In this document: positions 15,301 through 28,289 of the stretch, one piece after another
How positions within the stretch are numbered: the first letter of the stretch is position 1
Layout of the letters: each line of letters starts with the position of its first letter
DNA from: Eledone cirrhosa
Lineage: Eukaryota
Reading direction: 5' to 3'
DNA: 64,000 nucleotides
Assembly: GCA_964016885.1 (NCBI GenBank)
Contig: OZ024741.1
Span: forward strand, 160,332,001 to 160,396,000
Notes under the pieces: model-generated
What the model was told of the DNA's origin: nothing
Seen by the model: only the letters and a program-made list of their open reading frames with translations
The model's database searches: none
Position numbers and translations under genes: made by a program

Positions 15301-15579
15301 CTAAAGTCGCAGGTCGAACGACTTATCGGAGGGATTATAAAAAGTAAAGTTCCAGGCTGCTGCTTTATGTGTACTAGTGCTATTGTTATTGTTAGTTGTG
15401 TTGTTTCTATTTCTATTTCCACCAACAGCCTCATGGTTGTTTCTATGTCTCTCATTATTACTCCTGTCTCTTTCCTCTTTCCTCATTGTTATTATCTACT
15501 CTATTTTGTGTGTCTGTGTGTTCGTCTTGGTTATTTTCTCTGTCCATAGTCTCCCTTCTCCTTTCAATCCTATTACCTT

Positions 15580-15622
<43 letters not shown>

Positions 15623-16029
15623 TTACCGCTGCGTAATTATTCTCTACATTGCTAAATATGTATTTTCTTTGTTCGTGACAGTAAGGAATTATTTGATGAA
15701 GATTTTACATCTATTTCTAGCAGAACAAACATGTGGAGGCTCACTCTTTGGCTCATGCATCATTTTAAATTTTCTGGGGTTCTTTTTATATTTTATTGCC
15801 TCATATTTTGGTCTAATAACGTTTTCATTCTTCTTCATTGATATGTGACAATAAGACGGCGAATTGACAGAGTCGTTAGAACATCTGTAGATGAGTACTT
15901 TACGCTATTCGTTCCATCTTTCTGCACTCTAAGCTCAAAAGCCGCCGAGGTCGGAGGCATTTTAAAACTAGTGTAGCTCATCCCACTCCAGTTTTAAATA
16001 CATCCGATTTTTTCAAGAGAAGAAGAGGC

Positions 16030-19000
16030 TGAGCGTGATAGAGAGGAAGTGAGAAAAGGATATGAGGGAAGAGTGTGATAGAGAGGAAAATGTATAGGGA
16101 TATAGGGGCAGAGTGTGATAGAGAGGAAGTGGTACAGGGATATAGGGGCAGAGTGTGAGAGAGAGGAAGTGGTACAGGGATATAGGGGAAGAGTGGGAGA
16201 GAGAAGAGGTGGTACAGGGATATAGGGGCAGAGTGTGATAGAGAGGAAATAGTACAGTTATATAGGGGCAGAGTGTGATAGAGAAGAAGTGGTACAGGGA
16301 TATAGGGGCAGAGTGTGATAGAGAGGAAGTGGTACAGGGATATAGGGGAAGAGTGGGAGAGAGAAGAGGTGGTACAGGGATATAGGGGCAGAGTGTGAGA
16401 GAGAGGAAGTGGTACAGGGATATAGGGGCAGAGTGTGAGAGAGAGGAAGTGGTACAGGGATATAGGGGTAGAGTGTGATAGAGAGGAAGTGTTACAGTTA
16501 TATAGGGGCAGAGTGTGATAGAGAGGAAGTGGTACAGGGATATAGGGGCCGAGTGTGTTAGAGAAGAAGTGGTACAGGGATATAGGGGCAGAGTGTGATA
16601 GAGAGGAAGTGGTACAGGGATATAGGGGCCGAGTGTGTTAGAGAAGAAGTGGTACAGGGATATAGGGGCCGAGTGTTATAGAGAGGAAGTGTAGAGTGTG
16701 ATAGAGAGGAAGTGGTACAGGGATATAGGGGCCGAGTGTGAGAGAGATGAAGTGGTACAGGGATATAGGGGCAGAGTGGGAGAGAGAGGAAGTGGTACAG
16801 GGATATAGGGGCAGAGTGGGAGAGAGAGGAAGTGGTACAGGGATATAGGGGCCGAGTGGGAGAGAGAGGAAGTGGTACAGGGATATAGGGGCCGAGTGTG
16901 ATAGAGAGGAAGTGTAGAGTGTGATAGAGAGGAAGTGGTACAGGGATATAGGGGAAGAGTGGGAGAGAGAGGAAGTGGTACAGGGATATAGGGGAAGAGT
17001 GGGAGAGAGAGGAAGTGGTACAGGGATATAGGGGCAGAGTGTGTTAGAGAGGAAGTGGTACAGGGATATAGGGGCAGAGTGTGTTAGAGAAGAAGTGGTA
17101 CAGGGATATAGGGGAAGAGTGGGAGAGAGAGGAAGTGGTACAGGGATATAGGGGAAGAGTGGGAGAGAGAGGAAGTGGTACAGGGATATAGGGGCAGAGT
17201 GTGATAGAGAGGAAGTGGTACAGGGATATAGGGGCAGAGTGTGTTAGAGAGGAAGTGGTACAGGGATATAGGGGCCGAGTGTGATAGAGAGGAAGTGTAG
17301 AGTGTGATAGAGAGGAAGTGGTACAGGGATATAGGGGAAGAGTGGGAGAGAGAGGAAGTGGTACAGGGATATAGGGGAAGAGTGGGAGAGAGAGGAAGTG
17401 GTACAGGGATATAGGGGAAGAGTGGGAGAGAGAGGAAGTGGTACAGGGATATAGGGGCCGAGTGTGATAGAGAGGAAGTGGTACAGGGATATAGGGGCAG
17501 AGTGTGATAGAGAGGAAGTGTAGAGTGTGAGAGAGAGGAAGTGGTACAGTTATATAGGGGCAGAGTGTGATAGAGAGGAAGTGTAGAGTGTGATAGAGAG
17601 GAAGTGGTACAGTTATATAGGGGCAGAGTGTGATAGAGAGGAAGTGGTACAGGGATATAGGGGCAGAGTGTGATAGAGAGGAAGTGTAGAGTGTGATAGA
17701 GAGGAAGTGGTACAGGGATATAGGGGCCGAGTGTGATAGAGAGGAAGTGGTACAGGGATATAGGGGAAGAGTGGGAGAGAGAGGAAGTGGTACTGGGATA
17801 TAGGGGCAGAGTGTGATAGAGAGGAAGTGGTACAGGGATATAGGGGCAGAGTGTGATAGAGAGGAAGTGGTACAGGGATATAGGGGCAGAGTGTGAGAGA
17901 GAGGAAGTGGTACTGGGATATAGGGGCAGAGTGTGATAGAGAGGAAGTGGTACAGGGATATAGGGGCAGAGTGTGAGAGAGGAAGTGGTACAGGGATATA
18001 GGGGCAGAGTGGGAGAGAGAGGAAGTGGTACAGGGATATAGGGGCAGGGTGTGTTATAGAGGAAGTGGTACAGGGATATAGGGGCAGAGTGTGAGAGAGA
18101 GGAAGTGGTACAGGGATATAGGGGCAGAGTGTGAGAGAGAGGAAGTGGTACAGTTATATAGGGGAAGAGTGGGAGAGAGAGGAAGTGGTACAGGGATATA
18201 GGGGCAGGGTGTGTTATAGAGGAAGTGGTACAGGGATATAGGGGCAGAGTGTGAGAGAGAGGAAGTGGTACAGGGATATAGGGGCAGAGTGTGTTAGAGA
18301 GGAAGTGGTACAGTTATATAGGGGAAGAGTGGGAGAGAGAGGAAGTGGTACAGGGATATAGGGGCAGGGTGTGTTATAGAGGAAGTGGTACAGGGATATA
18401 GGGGCAGAGTGTGAGAGAGAGGAAGTGGTACAGGGATATAGGGGCAGAGTGTGAGAGAGAGGAAGTGGTACAGGGATATAGGGGCAGAGTGTGTTAGAGA
18501 GGAAGTGGTACAGTTATATAGGGGAAGAGTGGGAGAGAGAGGAAGTGGTACAGGGATATAGGGGCAGGGTGTGTTATAGAGGAAGTGGTACAGGGATATA
18601 GGGGAAGAGTGGGAGAGAGAGGAAGTGGTACAGGGATATAGGGGAAGAGTGTGAGAGAGAGGAAGTGGTACAGGGATATAGGGGCAGAGTGTGATAGAGA
18701 GGAAGTGTAGAGTGTGATAGAGAGGAAGTGGTACAGTTATATAGGGGAAGAGTGGGAGAGAGAGGAAGTGGTACAGGGATATAGGGGCAGAGTGTGATAG
18801 AGAGGAAGTGGTACAGGGATATAGGGGCAGAGTGTGATAGAGAGGAAGTGGTACAGGGATATAGGGGCAGAGTGTGATAGAGAGGAAGTGTAGAGTGTGA
18901 TAGAGAGGAAGTGGTACAGTTATATAGGGGAAGAGTGGGAGAGAGAGGAAGTGGTACAGTTATATAGGGGAAGAGTGGGAGAGAGAGGAAGTGGTACAGG

Positions 19001-19598
19001 GATATAGGGGCAGAGTGTGATAGAGAGGAAGTGTAGAGTGTGATAGAGAGGAAGTGGTACAGTTATATAGGGGCAGAGTGTGATAGAGAGGAAGTGGTAC
19101 AGTTATATAGGGGCAGAGTGTGATAGAGAGGAAGTGGTACAGGGATATAGGGGCAGAGTGTGATAGAGAGGAAGTGGTACAGGGATATAGGGGCAGAGTG
19201 TGATAGAGAGGAAGTGGTACAGGGATATAGGGGCAGAGTGTGATAGAGAGGAAGTGGTACAGGGATATAGGGGAAGAGTGTGAGAGAGAGGAAGTGGTAC
19301 AGGGATATAGGGGCAGAGTGTGATAGAGAGGAAGTGGTACAGGGATATAGGGGCAGAGTGTGATAGAGAGGAAGTGGTACAGGGATATAGGGGAAGAGTG
19401 TGAGAGAGAGGAAGTGGTACAGGGATATAGGGGCAGAGTGTGAGAGAGAGGAAGTGGTACAGGGATATAGGGGCAGAGTGTGATAGAGAGGAAGTGTAGA
19501 GTGTGATAGAGAGGAAGTGGTACAGGGATATAGGGGCAGAGTGTGATAGAGAGGAAGTGGTACAGGGATATAGGGGCAGAGTGTGATAGAGAAGAAGT
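16030..19598. repeat. 40-bp minisatellite array (~90 units) with interspersed 23-bp short variant
   Basis: Unit gagtgtgatagagaggaagtggtacagggatataggggca; variant gagtgtgatagagaggaagtgta. Confidence 0.98.
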
Positions 19599-19614
19599 GC
19601 GAAAGTCATATAGA

Positions 19615-19770
19615 GGAATTATCGACCCCAATATTGGACTGGTACTGTTTTTTATCGACCTGGAAAGAAGTTGACCCCAGCAGCATTTAAAATCAAGGGG
19701 CGCCGACGGCTGGAACGAATACGGCAAAGCGTTCTATCGAACTTTCTAGAGACTCTACCAATTGGCCGCC
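19615..19770 (-). mobile_element. Degenerate SINE
   Basis: atcgacccca..ctggtactg..tttatcgacc..gttgacc matches the SINE body seen at 10926 and 24015. Confidence 0.55.
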
Positions 19771-20198
19771 TATGGTGTAAACTAGATCAATGTGAAATGC
19801 CTTGAACTAGACCAATGTGAAAGTAACATGTATCTGGGGATAGGACCTATGACCTTTTGATCGTAAGCATAACACCCTAACCACTAGGCCACGCACCTCC
19901 CTTTAAATAGGAATTTTCTGCAGTATCTGTCCATCTTGAACTCTTCATAAAAACGACCTTTATTCAGCAGAGAAAATATTACTGCGTATGTATTGTATCG
20001 TTTTTTGAAATCTAATTTTATGGAATTTGGGTCGTCATGATTAATTTCCTATCTTATTTAGAGAAACACTCTCGATTTTTTTTTTTTCTTCTCCACTTAT
20101 AATGCTTTTTTCTAAAACATTATATAATATATTATATTTTTCAAGTCTTCCATTTATTTTCTCTTTACCACATATACTAAACCATCTGCCTACTTTCC

Positions 20199-20284
<86 letters not shown>

Positions 20285-20367
20285 AGAAAGAAGGTGTGGT
20301 AAGATACCAGGTGTATCTAGCTGTCGAAACGGCCGGAGCTCAGTCGTCCGGGTCTTGACTCTCTTCT

Positions 20368-20402
<35 letters not shown>

Positions 20403-20671
20403 AAAATGAGGGGTTTTTTTAATGAAAAAAAAACGAGATGTCCTACACGAGTGAAAGTATAAGGAAAAGAAATCGAAAATGCAACTGGAGTCTTTTTTCT
20501 ATTTCTTTTCCTTATATATATATGAAGCTCATAGTAAATGTAGGAAATTAAGATGCTGAAATACCTCCAAATGCAGTCGATTGCTATAAATAATAGCTTA
20601 GAAAATATGGTACAATATCCCTATAGACGGAAAAAAGTGGTCAGGGGCTCCTTCGGAGAATCGAAGTCTGT

Positions 20672-21305
20672 AGCTTTACACGATTTACTTGTCCCAATAG
20701 CTTTATTTAGCTATTGCTCGCACCAACCGGAGGTATATGATTTTTAAAGCGATGAAATACCAATGAAGGTTGGAAAATCACTGACGAAGGACTATTTTTA
20801 TCATATGTAACCCATGTGCAACCACGCAGTATTCTTTCTTCTCATGTTTTTTTATATATATTTACCTCAGCTGCTTCTCTCTTACTGCTTCCCCGCTCTC
20901 TCTGTTTCTCTCACCTTCTTTCGCCCCCTCTGTCAGTTACACTTTCTCTCGACTGGCCACTTCCACTCACTCACTCTTTGTTTCTCCCCTTCTCACTTCC
21001 TCCCGTTTGGCCTGTGTGGGTTCTCTTCTTGCTTACATCTCACTCACGTCGGATGGTCTGTATCTCGCTCGCTCGCTCATGAAATCCACCCAGCTAAAGC
21101 TGACCGGATAACCATGCTGCTTGTTTTTTCCTATCTTTGCGTTGCTATCAATCCTTCCATGTTTGTTTACTTGTCTCGCCCGCTTTACGCGATTTACTTG
21201 TCCCAATAGCTTTATTTAGCTATTGCTCGCACCAACCGGACGAAGGACTATTTTTATCATATGTAATCCATGTGCAACCACGCATTATTCTTTCTTCTCG
21301 TGTTT
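20672..21305 (+). repeat. ~510-bp unit, 1.25 tandem copies
   Basis: gcttta(c/g)cgatttacttgtcccaatagc recurs at 20672 and 21182; homologous to 4898-5450 with different end points. Confidence 0.85.
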
Positions 21306-21328
21306 TTTTTATATATATATATATATAT

Positions 21329-21998
21329 AAAAATATAGTGTACATAGGTGAGACAGCTCGTAGTGTAGGGGAACGGATAAATGAACACTAGCGAGACCTT
21401 CAAGATAGTAAAGAATCATCTGTACTCTACCAACATGCTAAAATAGAACATAAGGGTAAATTAGAGAACATAGAAATAAAAATAGAATCTACACACAGAA
21501 AAGACGCAATGTTTAGACAAATCACAGAGGCAATAAACATAAAAGAATTACAACCAAATAGAAAATAGAAAACATGAGTGGAACAGCAACATCACAACTT
21601 ACAAATTAAGGACAAAATGAAAACACACACGCACATAGAACAAACAACCAACCAGTAACATGTAAATAAACAAATAAATAAACGAATATAAACACATACA
21701 GACACCCGGATGTGGCGCATGCGCACACTGAGCACACAACACATACACAGAAACAAGATGGCGTAGGACAGAACAAAGGAGAGGCACAAAAACAAAGAAA
21801 AGAATCCCAGTCACTGAAGAGGTCACAGAATGTGTGACGAAAGAAGTTTGACAATATATAAACCACCATCTGGTTGTGGAACCAACCAACCAACCGGAAA
21901 TTTATAAATTCCTAAATTTATAAATTTATTATAATAAATTGAAGTGAAAGCAACTGGTGCGTGTGTTTCTTATTGGCAACATGACCCTCCCAAAGTAT

Positions 21999-22004
<6 letters not shown>
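21329..22004 (+). mobile_element. 5'-truncated PLE 3' end (GIY-YIG C-terminus + UTR + HHR at 21810-21852), inverted relative to 12598-13270
   Basis: NIVYIGETARSVGERINEH; near-identical reverse complement of 12598-13270; (TA)n on both sides. Confidence 0.9.
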
Positions 22005-22065
<61 letters not shown>

Positions 22066-22182
22066 CAAACTAATGTGTGTGTTTTCCTAGGCACTAATCA
22101 TACACACATGCATACACACACACACAAATAGTATAAAGGCAGGTTAGTGTGTGTGTGTGGTGAATAGAATATATACATATAT

Positions 22183-22223
<41 letters not shown>

Positions 22224-23114
22224 CACAATTACTCGATGTTATTTTTTTCGTATTTTTTTCCACTGTCTTCACTTTTTATAGATGAACCTTTTTGTTTAAA
22301 CTCCTAATTTCTTTGCTACATAAATTTCTACTAATATTTGCTAGATTGTTCGTTGATGTCGGTGTTGTTATATTCTATCAGTTCTTCTGTTAACTCTGTC
22401 CCTGATTATTACATTCAATCTTCGCCCTGTGTACAGTTTTAGTTCTTCCTTATTCCTCTAATTTCTCCTTGTCTAAGGATATCATCTATTCCTGTCTAAT
22501 TTTTCAATGATTAATTCATCTCTTTTCCTAATTGCTTCTTTCAATATATATTCTATACCTTCCTATAGTATAGTTTTATCCCACTACCTTCCATGATTAA
22601 CTGTTGTGTTTCCCTATTATTAAGTTTACGAGCCGAGCGGATTTCATCTTTAGATTCCTGGTTTTATTTTTCTATTTTCTCTTCTGCGATTTATCTTGAT
22701 GTCTATTTTAATAAATTATGTTTCCTAATTACTCGAGCTTGGTCAGCTATTCTTTGCTCTTTTGCGTTGAAGAGTCCTTTTATTTTTATTATTATCATTA
22801 TTATTATGGAATGTTAATATTCTACGTCCTTCCAACTGGAATGATATTTTAATCCATAGTTATAGTTTTACGCAGAGCATAGAATTCTATTGCTGCTGCT
22901 AATGTGCTGATGCCCTAATTACCCTGTATTTTTGGTAGTTATATATAAAGTGACAGCATAATATACCATGCCTTTCCACAAAGTCTCTCACAGTGATATT
23001 TCGATGAGAAGTCTCAGAGCTATACATATGGTTTTAAATATTTATTTTATTTTTTATGGTCAAGGGGTTAATAATTTTCCAACTTGTTGGGGCGGGGGGT
23101 ATAGAATAGACCTT

Positions 23115-23440
23115 CGTTGGTTTCGACGATTTATGTTCTAGTTGTTGGATCAATTGAACAATTTACTCGTGAAATTAACGTGTGATTGAACATTACAGAG
23201 ACACATCAACTCATAATGCAATTCTCAGAGATTCGGCGGGATACAGTTGTATGACAAGGCTGGCCTCAATAAATTACTGGTAGAGTCCAACCGACGAACT
23301 TCGAAACAGATTCTGTCAACCAAATTTCACTCCTACGGCATGGGTCAGTCCGAGGTTATGGTAAATGACATTTGCCCAAGATGCCACGCAGTAGGATAGA
23401 TCCCGGGTCGTATCGCAAAACGAACTTCTTAACCATTCAG
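23115..23440. mobile_element. Two degenerate SINE fragments
   Basis: ctcgtgaaattaacgtg...tgacaaggctggcc and ttgcccaagatgccacgcagt resemble octopus SINE families from memory. Confidence 0.45.
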
Positions 23441-24014
23441 GGATGCTCCATCCACAGGGAGTGTATCGTAGGATTTTACAACCCATAAGTGAAGCAACTA
23501 AAAAGAACTTCTTTCACCAAACCAAATATCTAACATTCCCTACCTGCCTCACAGTGGGTAGTTTAACCTTTTTTTTTACCAACTCACAAACCGCTCCTGG
23601 TTCTATGAAACAAAGCCATCCACTTTAAAGGGTTCCTATTTAAAAGAAAATCTTCCGACATAATTTATATAAGAAACATATATTAAGTTAATATCTTAAT
23701 ATTTTTAGTAAATACCTCCAAATTCTTATTAATAATTGAAATAGAATGTTATGGTTACGAAAGGGTTAGACAGCTTACCGAACATTACTTTCTAAAAATG
23801 TTCGCATAATGTTGTGAAAAATATCTTCCATGTAAATATATAACTTTATAAAATCTTCTGCCAAATTTGTGTATAAACAATAGTTAATATAATGTAGAGA
23901 TTCCAAGACACTATAAAACCATTTGAAACAACTTATGGTTTTGTAATTAATCTGTGTGAAAATATAAATTATGCTCAGACGTGTAAAAAAGTTATTGTTA
24001 TACCAAATTGATTT

Positions 24015-24435
24015 CTAATTTAGGCACAAAGCCAGCAAATTTGGAGGAAGGGCAAAATTGATTAAATCAACACCAGTCATTGACTGGTACTTTATTTTAT
24101 CGAACCTGGAAGGACAAAAGGCAAAATTGACGTCAGTGGGATTTGAACTCAGAATGTAAAGAACCAAAATAAATCGTGATGGCATTTTATCCGACATTCT
24201 ACCAATTCTGCCAATCCACCGCTCTTATAACAATAAGTCAACCAATAGCTTAATGTCATAATGTCATCATTATATTGGCAGTATCGGCAGAGAGTCGGAC
24301 AGCATGCTTTTCAGTCTGAGTTCAAATCCCGCTGAGGTTAACTTTGCCTTTCATCCTTACCGGGTCGATAAAATAAAGTACCAGTAATACACTGGGATAA
24401 TTGCTGGCCTTGTGCCAAAAGTAAAAACAATTATT
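24015..24435. mobile_element. Head-to-head pair of tRNA-derived SINEs (24015-24225 minus, 24276-24435 plus)
   Basis: Same body as 11912-12100. Confidence 0.75.
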
Positions 24436-25358
24436 TATTCAAAGTAATCCAACATATTTTACTAACGGGATAAAAAATATATTCGGGACGCAGTCCCACA
24501 CTCCTCCCTTTATTATAGTTATGATATTTGTGTGTGTGCAAGTGCGTATATATAAATATATATATGGGGGAGGTGGTTATTACAGACATACAGACGTACA
24601 TACATGCACACATATATATATATACACATATTCTATATATGTGTGTTTTTATCCGAAGACGCATATGTGTGTGTGTGTGTCCAAAAATTAAATGGAAACA
24701 ACGAAACAAACGACACAGTACAGTGAAAGAATTTATTAGTTTAAAGCTTGATACAGTAGAAAAAGAGTTCAGTAACTGCGTAATACGACAGTTGCAGCTT
24801 GATAGCATCTGTCTTTCCTATTTTGTGGGTGGTAAAGGCCATGGTTGGTTTACATATTTCGGAGTGCAGGTTGGGGGGGGTCGTTTTAGCGGGGCTTATA
24901 AGTGTAGGTTTACAATGTTCTCTGAGTGTTTTGTTTATAGGCTAGAGCAATCAATGTTCTTATTTACACACACACACATGATGGCTGCAAACTCTGCTAA
25001 GAGTATTGCAATCGCTTGTCAGATACAGATGTGTGATGCTCGGATATGGCTTTTCCAGCCTGCTAGAGACTTGCACTCCTTCGCACACTGAGGTCTTGCA
25101 TCAGGTTGCCTGTGAACCCCCACAATACCGTGGAGATCATAGTTCACTGGTTCTCTTTGAACATGGCTACGACTGTGGCTCCTGGGTGTTACTGGTAACA
25201 TGTAACCCAGTACAACCTGTCTCATGGTCGGGTCGTCGGTGACTAAACCGGCAACCCCACCAAGCTTGTTTGGAGAGGAGGGTGATATTTGGACACCCTG
25301 CGGGATGAAATACAAGACCCGGCAAAGGGCGGAGTAACTCAGCAGAGTCAACGGCCAT

Positions 25359-25418
<60 letters not shown>

Positions 25419-26064
25419 AAGTTGGTGGTTCACCGCTGGATAGAACTGGTCATTCCGTATATTTAATCGTGATGCATTAGTATGGAAAGCACTCAACGCA
25501 TCGCAACTCATTCATCTTTGATGTAAGATTCTGTTGGTGGTGCGTCTCAGAGACAGCCCATCCATCATCTTCTAGCCCTCCCAGCGGCACTAAATAAGCT
25601 GAGTCATAACAATCTGACTGCTCCTTGACAATGACACTAACCCTAGTGCAGTGAATTATACTCTCCATGGTTCTTTTCAATGGCTGTTAATATCCTACCG
25701 GCCCACCTGAGTAAGGTAATTATTTAACGCATCAATATGGGGCCCTAACAGGTACTAATGCCCCGGGCCAGAGCAGATCTGGGAGTGATAACAACTAGGG
25801 GTTAACTCCACATTCCCCACATCTCCTGAACTCCTGAACTAGAGCTTTAAAAACATCATCTTTGTCTTTTCCCTTGTCGTTCTAGTTTGGATTGCCTCGG
25901 AAACGTAAGTTTATTATGTAATGAAGCTGTCTATGAGATCATTGCACTGGTTATGCGAAATCGCGTGGCCACTATCGTCATTGAAATATGTATCACAGTC
26001 TTATTAATAAAGAATTTAATATCTGCAACTTCGCATTTTCTTATTCTATATATATGGTGTGCGC

Positions 26065-26135
<71 letters not shown>

Positions 26136-26479
26136 CAATGGGGTAACCACAGTAAGTGGTCAATGCATAGCAGAGTTTAAATCTTTAATATAGAAATGTC
26201 TTCTACTGGACTAGAATTGTTTCATTCGAAGGAAATCATGAGGAAAGAGCTTTCATTGGTTGTTAGAGAATTGGATTCGCAATCATGAAGTTGTAAGTTC
26301 GATACCCAGACCAGGTAATGCGTTATGTCCTTGAGCAAGACACTTTATTTCACGTTGCTTCTTCTACCTGGAGTTGCGACCGATAGATAGTATTAGCATT
26401 AGGAAAGACAAATGGAAATAGTGTTTCTTCGGTCCGATTGGACGAAAGTCGATCGACTGTCGATATATATATATATTAT

Positions 26480-26648
26480 ACGAAAAGAGTCAGGACCCCG
26501 ACGGCAGAGCTCCGGCCGTTTCGACAGCAAGATCCGAACGCAGAGCTCAGCCTTTGGGGTCCTGACTCTTTTCCTATTACCAACTCTACTACTCTAAGTA
26601 TCGAGTGCTCTGGTGCTTTATGGTCCACCTGGTTCCTTACCACACTTT
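26480..26648. mobile_element. Short fold-back element carrying the 3' half of an HHR (family also 20285-20370, 37252-37311, 61021-61210)
   Basis: gtc-GAAA-cggc..gagctc..gccg-TC-ggggtc motif, inverted arms, TA flanks. Confidence 0.7.
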
Positions 26649-26661
26649 ATATATATACATA

Positions 26662-28022
26662 TATAAGTATGTATACGTACATACATATATGTATACAGAC
26701 GTACAGTAGTATGTATATATATATATATATACATGCACACATATATATATATGTACGTATGGATTCACCGAACATTTATTATAATGCTCGGTGTGTTTGT
26801 AAACAAACATCCCGTATTAAGCCGTAATGTCTAGCAACCATCGTTGCTCGTTTGTTCAATACTGACAAAGGAACGCTGTACTAGTTTCAAGCTTATTAGC
26901 TATCGTCAGCAACGTATACCTTCCTGCCAGATGATTGAACGTCTGAAAGTATATACTTTCCTTATGCATATTAACGGCTGAGCAGCCTAATTTGGATATC
27001 GAGTGGGTTAATCGGCCGGGTGCACCGAAAATGATAAACGGAAAAAATGAAACGAAATTTCATTTCCCACTCTTAGAACGGCTGATACTTAAATATAAGT
27101 ATGTATACGTACATACATATATGTATACAGACGTACAGTAGTATGTATATATATATACATACATGCACACATATATATATGTACGTATGGATTCACCGAA
27201 CATTTATTATAATGCTCGGTGTGTTTGTAAACAAACATCCCGTATTAAACCGTAGTGTCTAGCAACCAACGTTGCTCGTTTGTTCAACACTGACAAAGGA
27301 ACGCTGTACTAGTTTCAAGTTTATTAGCTATCGTCAGCAACGTATACCTTCCTGCTAGATGATTGAACGTCTATCGAGTGGGTTAATTGGCCGGGTGCAC
27401 CGAAAACGATAAATGTACGTATACATACTTATATTTAAGTAACAGCCGTACTAAGAGTGGGAAATGAAATTTCGTTTCATTTTTTCCGTTTATCGTTTTC
27501 GGTGTACCGGGCCGATTAACCCAGTCGATATGCAAATTAGGCTGCTCAACCGTTAATATGCATAAGTATATACTTTCAGACGTCCAATCATCTGGCAGGA
27601 AGGTATACGTTGCTGACGATAGCTAATAAGCTTGAAACTAGTACATCGTTCCTTTGTCAGTGTTGAACAAACGAGCAACGATGGTTGCTAGACACTACGG
27701 CTTAATACGGGACGTTTGTTTACAAACACACCGAGCATTATAATAAATGTTCGGTGAATCCATACGTACATATAAATATGTGTGCATGTATGTATATATA
27801 TATATATACATACTACTTTACGTCTCTATACATATATGTATGTAAGTATACATACTTATATTTAAGTAACAGCCGTACTAAGGGTGGGAAATGAAATTTC
27901 GTTTCATTTTTTCCATTTATCGTTTTCGGGGCACCTGGCCGATTAATCCACTCGATATGCAAATTAGGCTGCTCAGCCGTTAATATGCATAAGGAAAGTA
28001 TATACTTTCAGATGTTCAATCA
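26662..28022. mobile_element. Retrozyme-like array: ~1.75 tandem ~430-bp units on minus (26662-27412) joined head-to-head to ~1.4 units on plus (27413-28022)
   Basis: HHR cores at 26903-26909 and 27331-27337 (minus, 428 bp apart) and 27613-27619 (plus). Confidence 0.85.
27608..27648 (+). ncRNA. Minimal type I hammerhead ribozyme of the ~430-bp unit
   Basis: cgttg-CTGACGA-t-agct.aata.agct-t-GAAA-ctag-TA-catcg (cagcg in other copies); palindromic stem III ACTAGT. Confidence 0.8.
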
Positions 28023-28043
28023 TCATAGGCGAATGAATTCAGT

Positions 28044-28088
<45 letters not shown>

Positions 28089-28289
28089 TCATTAGTTCAG
28101 CAAAACAAGACCACAAATTTCACAAGGAAGACATTATTAAAAGATTGTCAACATATTTTAGTTTGATGTAAGGAATGTAGAGAATAATAATAATAATATT
28201 AATAATAATAATGTCCGTTTACAATTGTATCGCTACTCCATATAATATTTCTGGATCAGATGACTATATATCATAATTGATCTGGTTCA

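Larger units (their letters stand above)
12598..15580 (-). mobile_element. Penelope-like retroelement (Nematis/Neptune-type Cys linker), near full length, decayed
   Basis: RT motifs TDKSG, LYGLRKD.K, RPVC, SLYPSID, YSRYVDN, LPVLD; C-x4-C-x2-C linker, GIY-YIG region, 3'UTR with HHR. Confidence 0.9.

Noticed and set aside
16030-19598. CRISPR-like array or coding repeat (ORFs 18960-19727, 19103-19609)
   Set aside because: Contiguous tandem units without unique spacers, no cas genes, eukaryotic context
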